A DNA stretch of 60,602 nucleotides, counting the filler, from Hausera hauseri (lineage: Eukaryota), in assembly GCA_046269625.1 (NCBI GenBank). It is 10 parts of 10 records of this genome, joined end to end, with 100 filler letters (N's around TTAATTAATTAA, not from the genome) between each part and the next. Parts side by side here need not be neighbours in the genome. Positions count along the whole stretch, not along the records: positions 9,038 to 17,448 come from JBJURY010652107.1; positions 17,549 to 21,644 come from JBJURY010765206.1; positions 21,745 to 25,998 come from JBJURY010674106.1; 7 more parts are not named here. One strand, given 5' to 3'. The position numbers and the translations under genes are program-made. The notes beneath the pieces are model-generated. The model was given only the letters and a program-made list of their open reading frames with translations, made no database searches and was not told the origin of the DNA. Shown here one piece after another: positions 12,501 through 24,808 of the stretch. How positions within the stretch are numbered: the first letter of the stretch is position 1; each line of letters begins with the position of its first letter.

Positions 12501-15500
12501 GCCGATAAAGTCGGATTTGAGCAAAAGGTAAAAATACCATTATTTGGAAAACTGTCTTCAGTGCAAAAGGACTCACAACTACTGGATACGTGGATTGAAA
12601 AGGTTCAGACAGTCAAAGACGTTAGTGAAAAGTCCCAAGAAAAGTCCACCAGACAAGTTGCAGATTTGAAGAATTTCCGTGCGGAAAACAAAAAGACATC
12701 CAAACGATCAGTCGGTAAATCTCAAGAAGCAGAAGACGTTACAAAAGAAACAAAGGACGTTAGTAAGGACTCTAAGATTCAAAGAACGTCTATCAGACAG
12801 ATTTCAGAATTGGGAAATTTTCTCGAAGAATTGAAAAAGAAAGAGGCCATTTCCAAAGCCTCATCAGTAGGAAAACAGTCAACGGGACTAAAGGATGATG
12901 GTGGACGAATATCAGATTTGGCTGATGTAAGAACTTTGACTGAAGATTTGCAAACAAAGGAGGCCATGAAACAAACAAGCATTCAAAAAGAAATATCGAA
13001 AGTGTCTTCAGTTGGAAAACAGTCAACGGGACTAAAGGATGATGGTGGACGAATATCAGATTCGGCTGATGCAAGAACTGTGAGTGAAAATTTCAAAAAG
13101 AAAGAGTCCATGAAACAACCAAGCATCGAAAAAGAAATCTCGAAAGTGTCATCAGTTGGAATACGATCAGCAGGGCAAGGTGAAGCTGTAAAACGAGTAT
13201 CTGTTCAAAAAGTATCAGATTTGGCTGATGCAAGAACTTTGAGTGAACATTTGGAAAAGAAAGAGTCCATGAAACAACCAAGCATGGAAAAAGAAATGTC
13301 GAAAGTGTCATCAGTTGGAAAACGTTCAGCAGGGCAAAGCGAAAGAAATGAAAGAGTATCTGTTAGAAAAGTGTCAGATGTGGCCGACTTAGGATCGTTC
13401 AGTGAACACTTGGAAAAGAAAGAGTCCATGAAGCAACCAAGCGTGGAAAAAGAAATGTCGAAAGTGTCATCAGTCGGAATGCGCTCAGCGGGGCAAGGAG
13501 AAAGTGTCGAAGGAGTATCTGTTCGAAAAGCATCCGATTTGGCTGATGCAAGAACTTTGAGTGAACATTTGGAAAAAAAAGAGTCCACGAAACAACCAAG
13601 CATGGAAAAAGAAATGTCGAAAGTGTCATCAGTTGGAAAACGTTCAGCAGGGCAAAGAGAAAGTGTCAAACCAGTATCTGATCGACACGTATCAGATTTG
13701 TCTGATGTAAGAACTTTGAGTGAACATTTGGAAAATAAAGAGTCCACGAAACATGGAAGCATCGAGAAAGAAATCTCGAAAGTGTCGTCAGTCGGAATGC
13801 GCTCAGCGTGGCAAAGAGGAAGTGTCGAACTAGTATCTGTTCGAAAAGTATCAGATTTGGCTGATGCAAGAACTGTGAGTGAACATTTGGAAAAGAAAGA
13901 GTCCATGAGACAACCAAGCATCGAAAAAGAAATGTCGANNNNNNNNNNNNNNNNNNNNNNNNNNNNNNNNNNNNNNNNNNNNNNNNNNNNNNNNNNNNNN
14001 NNNNNNNNNNNNNNNNNNNNNNNNNNNNNNNNNNNNNNTGTCATCAGTTGGAAAACGTTCAGCGGGGCAAGGAGAAAGTGTCGAACGACTATCTGTTCGA
14101 AAAGTATCAGATTTGACTGATGCAAGGACTGTGAGTGAACATTTGGAAAATAAACAGTCAATGAAACAACGAAGCATCGATAGAGAAGTCTCGAAAGTGT
14201 CATCGGTAGGAAGACTTTCAGCGGGGCGAGGAGAAGCTGTGAAACGAATATCTGTTCGACAAGTAGCAGATTTGGCCGATCTAGGTTCGTTCAGTGAAGA
14301 TTTGAAAAGGGAAGAGTCCGCGAAACAACCAAGCATCGTAAAGGAAATCTCGAAAGTGTCATCAATTGGAATACGGTCCGCGGGGCAAGGAGAAGCTGTA
14401 AAACGTGTATCTGTTCGACAATTGGCAGATTTATCTGATGTAGGAAATTTCGGTGAATATATTGGAATTAAAGACATTCCACAACTAGCAGGAAAGAAAA
14501 TGTCGGCTTCTTACCAGTCAAAATCATCGATGGATACTGACTACCATAAAGCAAATCGAGGAAGCCTTCTAGAACCACCGCAAGATAAACTCAAAACAAC
14601 CCAAAGCAAAGTTTCCCAACAATCCCGTGTGCCATCCAAAACATCCCAAAACCTATCCAAAAAATCGACTGCAGTTGAATCGGAATTATCTCAACACTCT
14701 GTGAATTTGCGTTTATCCGAAAGTGACAAACGCCAGTCAAATGCAACGGCATCCATTAAAATTGGGTCGTCTGTCAACTCATTGAAGTTATTCAAACAAG
14801 CACCAGTAAGAAGTAGTGGAAACGTGAAAGACAGTATGGAGGAGTTGTCGGGTGTTGCATCTTATATTACTGGACTGCCATCTATTCAGTCAACCGGTTC
14901 AAAAGTCAAAAGTCTGAAATCCGTCAGTGATCTACAAGCATTACGTGAAATAGTTGTACCAATAAGTGCAGACCATTCACCAAAACATATTTTTAAACCA
15001 ACCTTCAAAATGCCACCAGAGAAAGCATCATCAATACAAACATCGAAAGTAAGACGAGCAACTACGTTTCCGTCGAGTGCGGAAAATCTCAAATCACAAC
15101 TTTCAAAGCAGATTGCCCCAAAGGTAAAACCAAAACGATCATCATCTCGACCAAAACGTAGAAAGCAAATGGTTAAGAAATCATCAGATGTTAGTCAACC
15201 AGACTCACCAGATATCATCCGCGAAGTCTGTGCAAAATTATCGGAAAGAGCAAAGGTATACCAAGAATGGGCAGTATTACGTTATAAGCGATGCGAACGA
15301 GTAGAGGTGAGTAACAGTCTGTTACTGCAATGGGCACTCAACATACAATCGTATCAAAATCCGCGATTGCGATTTAAGGAAGTAACCGACAAAATAAAAC
15401 TAAAATACCCCGTTAACGAATATTGCTACTGTGGAACATGCAGTCAATTTCCATTTAGTTCGATCAACAGGGTTCGAGAAAGTACGTTACCGGCATATAC

Positions 15501-16548
15501 CAATTTAGCGCAGGAAAATAAACCATTTCTGAAAAAAAAACCGTCATGCAAAATGTCACTTAGTTTGGAAGAGAAAAATGGTGGAATGTCAGGTAAGATA
15601 CAGGAACGTCGAACGTTATCGAATCACGAGAGGTCAAATCGTATTGACACTCAACGACCAAAGAAACTAAAATCAATAATCAGTAAATCTTGTAATGACC
15701 TCAGATATTTACAACTATCACTTAGCCTCACATGCAAAAATCCCGATAATCTAACCAAGACGAACCAACCGCGGTTAACATCCCAAAGTTCAAACCAAAA
15801 CTACAAAGACACAGACGTTGTACCTAATAAACTACCCAAACGAATCCAAATATCAGAAAGCTTTAATAACGAGAAAGGTGAACGATACTCTGGACCCGGA
15901 CTAAAAAGTCCAAAAACGTCCCACAAATCAATATACAAAACAAGTAAATCTTTCATCATTCCTCAGCTGGTGGACGATGCATTACCAATTCAGAAAACAT
16001 GGATCACAATATTGGACTGTAACGATAAATTCAACCGGCGTACCCATTGCAGAATGACGAAGAGCGAAACTAGCAGTCCACCAAAATGTAACCCATGTCC
16101 AATCAAAGCCATATATACGGTGAACAAACCTTGTCTAAAGTCCAAAAGTTGGCAATATGTTCAGGAGAGCGACTGGCAAAATACAGCCGTACAACGTACT
16201 ATCTCGAATGAAACATCATTTTCTTTGGATGAAGAACGACAATCTCCAACTTCTGAGAAACTCGATTTATTAAGACAACCATCCGCAGAACTAGAGTTTT
16301 ACACCGAGAAACTGGAACAACCAATTACAATACCATTCGATTGTGCTAAAGTATCACTACCGGAAAAAGACAATTGTTTAACATCATCATCAAAATTGGT
16401 ATCTTCATTGGAGTCTTTGTTTCATTCATCGGCAAGATTTCTCAATACAGAATTCTCCATAAATTCTTCAATTAGTTCGTCCTTAACTTCTCATGGTACA
16501 TTTTCAGACAAGAAAAAAATTGAACGTAGCTCCAGCAGTCAGTATTGA
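9570..16548 (+). CDS. Giant Ser/Lys/Glu-rich low-complexity protein (>=2293 aa) with a 53-aa tandem repeat array; one CDS across the scaffold gap
   Basis: Two long ORFs flank the 100-N gap. The flanks (...atgtcga | tgtcatcag...) join in frame if the true gap is aag plus n x 159 bp, as in neighbouring repeat units. Confidence 0.8.
12860..14455 (+). repeat. Coding tandem repeat, 159-bp / 53-aa unit
   Basis: Unit starts at 13068, 13227, 13386, 13545, 13704, 13863, 14119, 14278 and 14437, plus a shorter 144-bp unit at 12924. Unit ~DARTLSEHLEKKESMKQPSMEKEMSKVSSVGKRSAGQGEAVKRVSVRKVSDLA. Confidence 0.95.
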
Positions 16549-18041
16549 ATTTGATTTGAAAAGTATACTAATGGAATCGATAAAAAAGAATTGCGACCAT
16601 TCCCAATATCGAAGATTTTGTTGGAAATAACCAAAAGATGTCAAGGAACGTCAAAACGAAACATTTGTTGGTAAATACATTCAAAGGTCATTTCGTTCAA
16701 CTTAGCCATCGGAACAACATGAGAATTATTCGACAATTAACTCATCAGCGCGATCGCGGTATTTTAGTGAAGGGTCAGAAAGAGTCACAGTCTTCTGGAT
16801 AGCATCGATATAGCTTAATAGAAAGTACCAATGGCACAGCACAACTTCGAAATTAAAATCATTGAAAAGATAACCAATGGCGATAACCAATTTGTAACCA
16901 GCAAGTAATTCGCTACTGACTTTAAGAAGAAAATCGTCAAAAGAGTTGACTCCGTTGTTTTTAGTGAAAATGATATTGTCATTATTATTGCAACTTAGCA
17001 ACAATTTCAGAAACACTCTTTCGAAGTCAGAATTTAAACAGAAATTTCACAATTAATAAACTGACAGAGTTGTCTTTTCAATACTTTCTATTACAGGTTA
17101 TAATCGTGCAAATATTACAAACATTTGCGCGGATGAACACGAAAATTTGCGTATATTCAGTAGTTTCATATTGGGGAGTTTCTTACCTCGATAATAGAAC
17201 AATTATTGCATCGAGAGGGAGGGCTCATGGGATTAATCCCTCTCCATGTTTCATAGGATTTGATGTCCAAATTATTTTATTTTTGACCAAAATTACAATT
17301 TAAAATTTTGGTACCAATATAACAGAAGTTACGCATGCGGGAACCATAATTATAAAACGTTTGTACTGTTGTGTAATGACTATTACAACTATTACATAAC
17401 CTCTTGGAAAAATTCTGGGCACTGCTCTTTATCCAATACTCTGGAATTNNNNNNNNNNNNNNNNNNNNNNNNNNNNNNNNNNNNNNNNNNNNTTAATTAA
17501 TTAANNNNNNNNNNNNNNNNNNNNNNNNNNNNNNNNNNNNNNNNNNNNCGATCTGGAATATAAGTGTCTGTACTCTAGGGTGACCGATGGAATGAGTAAA
17601 GGAGCAAGGATAAAAATGGCCCTTATGCTGTGATACTGGTTCCAAGGCGGGTAATGCTACTGTTATGAGCGGCAGAGCCATGGACCGAGCTGACATCTTG
17701 AATGCTCTTCGCGAGATCGGCCGAAAGGAGAATTTTACTAGAGAGTCAGAATCTTGTGTCCCTCTCCAGAATGGATGAACTAGGGGTGATGCGAGGAGCG
17801 TCACGCTGGAGGTACCCGATGTTTGGTTAATCAACACTGAACTGGAACTGTTGGTCGTTGTGTGCTTTTGGAGCTACTGAGGAGGAGGTCAGAGCACTTA
17901 TGGACTGTTCCGCGTGCAACGATGACGATCTATCGACTAACTTATTAACTAACTGGTTCCTAATCAAGAATCAATGCAGATTCCAGTACAGTTCATGAAG
18001 ATAATTTACAGATTAAAACTAGACAGTTTTAAACACATTTG

Positions 18042-18330
18042 ATTATCATCGTCAGCATTATCATCATCAGTCCCATAACCTTGGTGGCCGTTGGGGCACA
18101 TTCAATGACACTTGAACGAGCCTTCGCTATTCATCTTGATACTTTGTAGTGTTCTGTGATGCGCTGAACATCAGGCCTGTCTATTCCTTGATATTATCCT
18201 CCCATCGATTCTTCTGTCGACCCTGTTTTCTCCCGGCTGGTCCAGCGCCTTGCAGGATAGTTTTTGCAAGGTCTTTTAATCATACGACATGGCCATGCTA
18301 TTTCAGCTTCAGTTCTTTCACCATTGCATC
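18042..18330 (-). mobile_element. 5'-truncated RTE-clade LINE, 3' end
   Basis: Minus-strand KLK*HGHVV...LAKTILQG...GRKQGRQKNRWEDNIKE*TGL...VPQRPPRLWD*, followed by a (TGA)n-like tail. Confidence 0.8.
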
Positions 18331-18703
18331 AAGATCATTATGTGGACCAATGGCTTTTTAAATTTGTTCTTCTATGTCGGCATTTGTGTTATTACTAGTG
18401 AGCGCATCAATCTGATTTATGATCATTGTGAAATGTTCGCCTCCTTCCAAGTCACTTTAATCTTACAATTGTTGCTATTGCCCCCGCGATTCTTGATGGT
18501 ATCTCTGTTATTGATCCTTCAGCTGTGATGACTGATCCTAAACTGGTCACTGACAAAGGTCACGAGACAAAAAGGTCAAACGTACAAGTCATCGGTCACG
18601 TGTGTAAACATATTGTGTCGTGTGTCAAAAACGTCGATTCATCTTTGTCTGTAAACGCTGATACGTAGGAAACACGTTACAAACAAGTTGTACAGACAAG
18701 GTC

Positions 18704-18901
18704 AGTGAAAGTTACTATTGTTAAGAACAAAATGTTAACAATGAAAATGTATAGTTGTAAAAGAATTTACGGTTAAGTGTTTATATTCCACAAGGTTAGT
18801 GAAAAGCTACTATTGTTAAGAACAAAATGTTAAGAATGAAAATGTATATTTATAAAAGAATTTATGGTTTAGTGTTAATGTTTCTTTTTTATATTCCACA
18901 G
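18704..18901 (+). repeat. ~94-bp tandem duplication ending in a splice-acceptor-like ttccacag
   Basis: agtgaaa..tactattgttaagaacaaaatgttaa.aatgaaaatgtata...tatattccaca occurs at ~18704 and ~18798. Confidence 0.8.
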
Positions 18902-19635
18902 ATGCCTTCACATAAACACAGCTGTGACGAAGGCGGTAAATTTTTCACATGGGCTACAATTATGCGTCGTCATATTGAATCTGAACATGGAAAAATATTT
19001 CACTCGTGTCAAATTTTTGGCCAAATATATAGGCGATCAGGCAAATTGCAGGCACATATAAAAAAAGAGCATGCCTCCATCAAGAATCCATATGCCGCAG
19101 AGGAGAACACCACGAGTTAGATTGAACCTAAACTAGATGAAGAGGAAAACATTGGCTGATTCTAACCTGCAGAAAGATGAAGCTGACACTCTGTCTTCGC
19201 TACCAGAAGACGTCTATAAATAATACAAAGATAACTGGCTAGCAATTAAAACGCGACAGTAACATTAATAAATACGTGTCAACATACACATATTTTCACA
19301 GACCAGAAATAGATCGCAACACAGATTGGAACGATCTTTTAGACAACAAACTTAAGCATCAGACACGTAGGTTCAAGCGCAACTACAGCCACCATTTTAT
19401 TCTTAGACTCCGAGAGACAGGGGAGCTTCGTTTCTACCATGCGTCGTCAATGCTACAGTTCTAGAGAAACCTAAATTAATCAACAAGGGGAAGGACTTTG
19501 TAGATTTTGTCGGAGATTTAGAAAACACTGGTCCACTTAATTTCGCCGTACACAATAGATCAAATATCAAATTCAGCATAGAAGCACTTCCGTCAGCAAA
19601 TTTTATATTTACCACTTGAATGACTTTCCTATATG
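18902..19635 (+). pseudogene. Degenerate two-C2H2 zinc-finger ORF plus a region resembling the N-terminus of Polinton/Maverick-type pPolB proteins
   Basis: HSCDEGGKFF..MRRHIESEH and HSCQIFG..LQAHIKKEH, then FKRNYSHHFILRLRETGELRFYHAS, resembling the FKxNxSxGFILRxxETGELRYYHAS motif. Stops and frameshifts present. Confidence 0.5.
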
Positions 19636-20266
19636 GTGAAGGACACTACACGTGTTGTATAGTTTCTATAAATTATTTTAAATGTGCTTTATCGAATAAA
19701 GTTATAATAAAAACATGTAGTATTTTCCTTAGGTGTATAAAAATATAGTATTTGCCTTATGTGAATAAAAATGTACTATTTGCCTTATGAAATGTAAGTA
19801 TTTTCCTTATATTAATAAAATGAACTTACCACTGTTATAATAATAAAATGTCCGTTATAAACGTTACAAGATTCAGCCGCCATTTTGCTTCCATCTAATT
19901 CTGTCCTCTAACGTCACCTTCTGCTGTCAGATTACCCCAATTCCTGTTCCGCCTGACTTTGTCCACGAGTGTGTAACATTCACCTTCAGCCATCTTGACT
20001 CAACCTACCTACGTCTTCACCCGCCATCTTCCTTCCTGACTTTGCTGACCCGCGTCGCCGGCACCTGACTCCTCCCCCTAAGCTGCCTGGCTCCTCTCTT
20101 GTGTCCGTGCACACGCATGCGTCACTCCGTGCCGCCTGCTCTAGCCTGCGACGACTAACTCTGCGACCTGACGTCACCTGACTCCTCCCCCTCCACCTTC
20201 ACCCGCCTGCCTTTGCCGACGCGGAAGTTCATCCGCCATGTTGATTCCACCCGCCGCCCTGGACAC

Positions 20267-20348
20267 GATCGTTGGAATAGTGGCCGCCACCCCGTCCTCC
20301 ACCTCCATATCCACCACCGCCACTACCCCCACCCCTATAGCCTCCATG
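20267..20348 (-). pseudogene. Gly/Arg/Tyr-rich fragment (CIRBP/hnRNP-like low-complexity tail)
   Basis: Alternative minus frame reads [28 protein letters not shown]. Confidence 0.4.
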
Positions 20349-20350
20349 GT

Positions 20351-20437
20351 CTCCCCCTCTTCCTCCACCTTGTGCATGTTCTTCTCCACATGGTTGAGGA
20401 TGCGCCAGTAGTCCTCCTGAGCGATGCAGACGAACTG
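20351..20437 (-). pseudogene. RAPGEF6: Vertebrate-type RAPGEF6/RAPGEF2 exon fragment
   Basis: [29 protein letters not shown] is near-identical to the RAPGEF6 segment [30 protein letters not shown]3-rich codons. Confidence 0.8.
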
Positions 20438-21150
20438 GTCGAGGATGACATGGGGACAGCGGGTGAACTTGTAGTAGAGCAGAACGCTGCTCTGCACCAC
20501 ATTTGGATACTCAAAGAACAGCACTGAAGCATGTGAGCAGGCAAACTGAGGCATGAGAGGGGGTGACGAAATGCAGGAAAAAAAAATCTTCTTGAGCACA
20601 TTTCAAAGAAAAACATTTCGCTCACAGTTTATATGTTGCTGGATGTGGTTGGAAACTTTTACAAAAAATGTAAATGCGCTATCTTTATAAATAATATCAT
20701 ATAGCTAATATCTTACCTGTTCCCATTAGCTCTTTGAGTTTGGAGAAATAGAGCCTAATTCTGATCAGATTAACATGCTAACGCAACTTCAAGTGAGATC
20801 AAGACCAAAGTGATATGCTACCATTTTAAAATTATTTAAATTCAAATAAATTTCCTGTGGTTTCTGTGCATTTACTGCTATCAGCTTTGCACTGCATTAT
20901 AGATCTTATTCACACTAAATACTGTTGATCTAAGCTACATGAAGCACATTTTGCAAAATGAAAGGCAACTTGGCAGAAAAAACTGATGAAAAAGTAAGGC
21001 AGTGCAAGAAATAAAAAACAAATTCCAGCAAACAAAATCCAGAGATTTTTTTTCTTTCATGTCCTGCTTTTTCATCAGGCTGAGCAGCTTTAATATGTAC
21101 CTATTTGCAACATGTATCATCCTTATTGCTAACAAACCATCAAGCTACAG

Positions 21151-21220
21151 CAGGGGTGTCAAATCCATTTTCACAGAGGGTCACATGAGCATTATGGTGA
21201 CCCTCAAAGGGTCAGTTGTA
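21151..21220 (+). mobile_element. hAT-type non-autonomous element terminus (teleost-like)
   Basis: caggggtgtcaaa...gagggtcacatgagcattatggtgaccctc has the CAGGGGTGTCAAA terminus and an internal hairpin. A second CAGGGCTGTTCAA start is at 21581. Confidence 0.55.
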
Positions 21221-21744
21221 CATTTTTCATTTCAAGTTTTACTTTGACTAAACTAGAAACATTTGATCCTCGTTTCGTTGCTACGGCTGAACCCACCTAA
21301 CAAACAATAACTGAGCTCTACCTGGTATTTCCTGCATAGAAACAGTGTTTTAACACGTCCTCTTATAAACACTGAAAAGTACTACATGTACGACTGACTA
21401 AATGTGAAATAAATAATACAGAAATACTATTAAAAGTAAAAGTAAGAGAGTTTTACTCACTGTTGAGTTGAGGTTAGTCTTGAATGACAGGGAATTCCCA
21501 TGCAAAATCGACATGTATCATAGGAGATGTAGTTTATGGTCAATGCTGGCTTTAAAGCAGCTTATTTTGAGACATTAATACAGGGCTGTTCAACTAAATT
21601 GCTCATGGGGCTACAGTTACTTAAAAACTATTAATTACTAATACNNNNNNNNNNNNNNNNNNNNNNNNNNNNNNNNNNNNNNNNNNNNTTAATTAATTAA
21701 NNNNNNNNNNNNNNNNNNNNNNNNNNNNNNNNNNNNNNNNNNNN

Positions 21745-24700
21745 TACCTGAAGGCGAGTTCGATGGTGGTAGGGCTACAAGTAGCCTGCACCTAATACTT
21801 ATAATGTATGATTTTACAAATAAAATATTGAAACATTATTCCTCCCCTATATTCCTTCTTCATATGCCTTGAATAATTGGATTTATTTTACCTCTATTTT
21901 CCTCTTTTGTCTATACTATGTTTTCGATATTCTAATCCTATGACCTTACAACAAATGATATAGGTAAAATTTTATAACGTCCCTTTAAACCTTCTTTCTA
22001 ATAAAACCATCTGGTTCCAATCTACATATAGCATTTTATATGTCGAATTACAAAATTTAACTTGGGCACTTTATTATTATGCACCAATACTCCGTCAAAA
22101 TCCTTATTAAGAAAATAATCATTTTTTCACCCTTTAACTTACTTTTATTCTGTAGGGTTGTTTCATCCGTTAATATGTTATGTTAACTATTTATCAAACT
22201 CCAATCAATTAAATCAACGAACTAATTTCAATCGAACTAGTAGTCTTTTCCATTCTGTTTTTATTTCCATTATATTTACTTCTTTCTATACTATCGACTC
22301 AATATTATGAAAGATCGACTTTCTGAAAGGGTCTATAAGCCTACTTAAAGATCAAATTAGATAGAAGCTATAAAATAACTTACTCCTTATTATACTACAA
22401 TGAATAGAATTTGGTCAAAGTCTATACATACATATGATTTATATTAATTTTGAGAACCCATTTATATCAACCGGGCAATTAATCAAATACATCATCGTAT
22501 CACAACATTAATTCTTTATCTCACAATCTCTAATGTCGCCTAGGTTTTACAAAAGTCTTTTATATGTCCATGATGTATCTTAATTACATAAATATGCAAG
22601 ACTTCAATAGATTTATTCTCTTTGATTTTATTTCTTTCAAAGTACAAGAACAAAACCATACTGATATCTTTAGTTGCTTCTGAAACTTATTCGTAACACT
22701 TTATGACTGAATAATTATAGCAAACGATTTTATAACCAACGTTATGACCATAGTCTAATTGCCATTTATTTATTCTCATCTTGTCATTATCGTACATCAT
22801 CATTTTCCAAGTTATCTCATCATTAACGGCATTGATCTTCTCCAACATATTCTCGTCAATATCGAGTATTTGTCTTTTCCAACTTCATCTCATCATTATC
22901 GGTTATCGATCTTTTCCAAGATCATCTTGTCCTTTCTCAAGATTCATCCAGATTGTCACATAAAATTCAACTTATTATATCATTTATAAAATCAAAATTT
23001 TATTAAAGAAAATATTTTTTACAATATATCACGGATCTCTATTAAGACTACCACTGAATCTTTACTTTGGCAAATAATTTATCCATACAATTTATCACCT
23101 AACAAATTTCATCACATATGTTTTACTTTATATCTACGTTATATTCAGCAACCACCAATTGGCGTTATGATCAATTCGAATAACCTGAGCATCGCACCAT
23201 CCATCTATCAAGTTACACACCTTTGATTTCAACAATAATAGTTTACTGTTAAATTATCTGTTCTATATAACCGTCTTCAATCATCATCAAGCCGTCTATG
23301 TTCTATCATACACATCGACAGACTGATATCCAGCGTCTTTCGGTTCCAACAACCAAAACTCATTTTTCCACAGAATATACCTCCAGCCACAATATGAACT
23401 TCCTTCCTGAATCTCTATCACAATAAAAACAAACGAATTATAACAAATTGAATCGTCTTCTAGACGTCGTCGTATGTAATTAATTTTTATCAAAATATAT
23501 TTCAAAATAAATTTTACAAATAGAAATAAATAACTTCATGGAGCGGCAATAATAATTATGGTTTATACCTTCTGTTGAATGTTCTAATTCATTTATTCTT
23601 TCCTCGGCCATTTTTAGTGATTTTTTCTATTGCTTTTTAGTTCGAATCAAATGGAATAATTATCTACTTTGTCGATCTACTTTGTCGAATTTCAAGATTG
23701 ATCCAATTCACTTTTATATTTACTAAAATGTCCTGAATATTTAATCAATATCATCATTATCACAGCCTAATACAACTTACTTCAAAGTGGCTATGATACG
23801 ATGATCTAACTCAAGATTCAAAATCACCTTTGAGGTTAAGATATTTAGTCAAAGTTACCGTTTTATTATATGTGTGTTTTGTGTTTGTTTTCATCTTATT
23901 TATATACTAGTCAGCCAGCATTCTGGACTTTTAAGTGATTCACTATTGAACTCCACCGCCTGCCAATGTATTCATAATTTCAAAATTGAAAATACTTACT
24001 GTTTTCAACTATTTGGTCACTAGTATGTCAAGTCCAATCTTCACCCTGAAATAATTGATTTTCAAAATTCCAAGTTACTCATATGTTGAATTGTCACCAT
24101 TGATCATAACTACAATTGATCACAACTACGGCGGCTCAGCTGACCATCAACTTCTAGAATATACAAATTCTACTTGAACTTCTAAAATACACTAATTCCA
24201 GTGCTTTCCGATGCTCTACTTGAACTTCTAAAACGTCCAATTTCTAAAACTTTTACAAAACATTCTATTTTCTAAAATTATTACCCAATGTTCCTTTAAC
24301 AAATAGATCTTTTACTTAATGTTCCTTTATCAAAACATTCAATTTTTTGAAAACCTTTACATCTACTTAACCTTTTATTTTTGATTCACTATTCTGCATC
24401 AATATTTAACCTTTCATATTTGATTCACTATTCTGCATCAATATTTAACCTTTCATATTTGATTCACTATTCTGCATCAATTTAGTTAGAAGGTGTTTTT
24501 CCAAATAATTTTAAATATTCATTGAAATATACACTAAAGCTTGCTGCCGATTTTTGCCGTTGGTTCACATTTATTTACACTCATTAGTCATAAAAAATGA
24601 TACCCTATCATATATGGGTTTAACATTAAACTAACGCAAGATAAAAGAAGATAAAAATAAAATATATTTAAATGATAATCACAACATTCCGTCAATGTCG

Positions 24701-24808
24701 ATTTCTGTCAATTTCGTCAATAATAATCACACATTTCGTCATAGTCAATTTCGTCATAATCAAAATATTTGTTGCTAATAATGGTTGAGATTTAAAGAGA
24801 TCTCAACA
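21745..24808 (-). mobile_element. Candidate long 3' LTR (start at 24808 defined; end not found)
   Basis: TGTTGAGA directly follows the PPT, then ~3 kb of AT-rich non-coding sequence. No matching terminus identified. Confidence 0.4.
24382..24481. repeat. 39-bp minisatellite, ~2.6 copies
   Basis: tgattcactattctgcatcaatatttaacctttcatatt at 24382, 24421 and (partial) 24460. Confidence 0.95.

Noticed and set aside
12860-14455. CRISPR-like periodic array
   Set aside because: Whole units repeat with no unique spacers and they are in-frame coding repeats in eukaryotic DNA.
13205-14477. Long minus-strand ORFs over the repeat array
   Set aside because: Antisense shadows of the repetitive plus-strand CDS.
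16726-17016. 96-aa minus-strand ORF
   Set aside because: May be an exon, but I recognise no motif to support a call.
20213-20527. His-rich plus-strand ORF
   Set aside because: Antisense reading of the Gly-rich and RAPGEF6 fragments.
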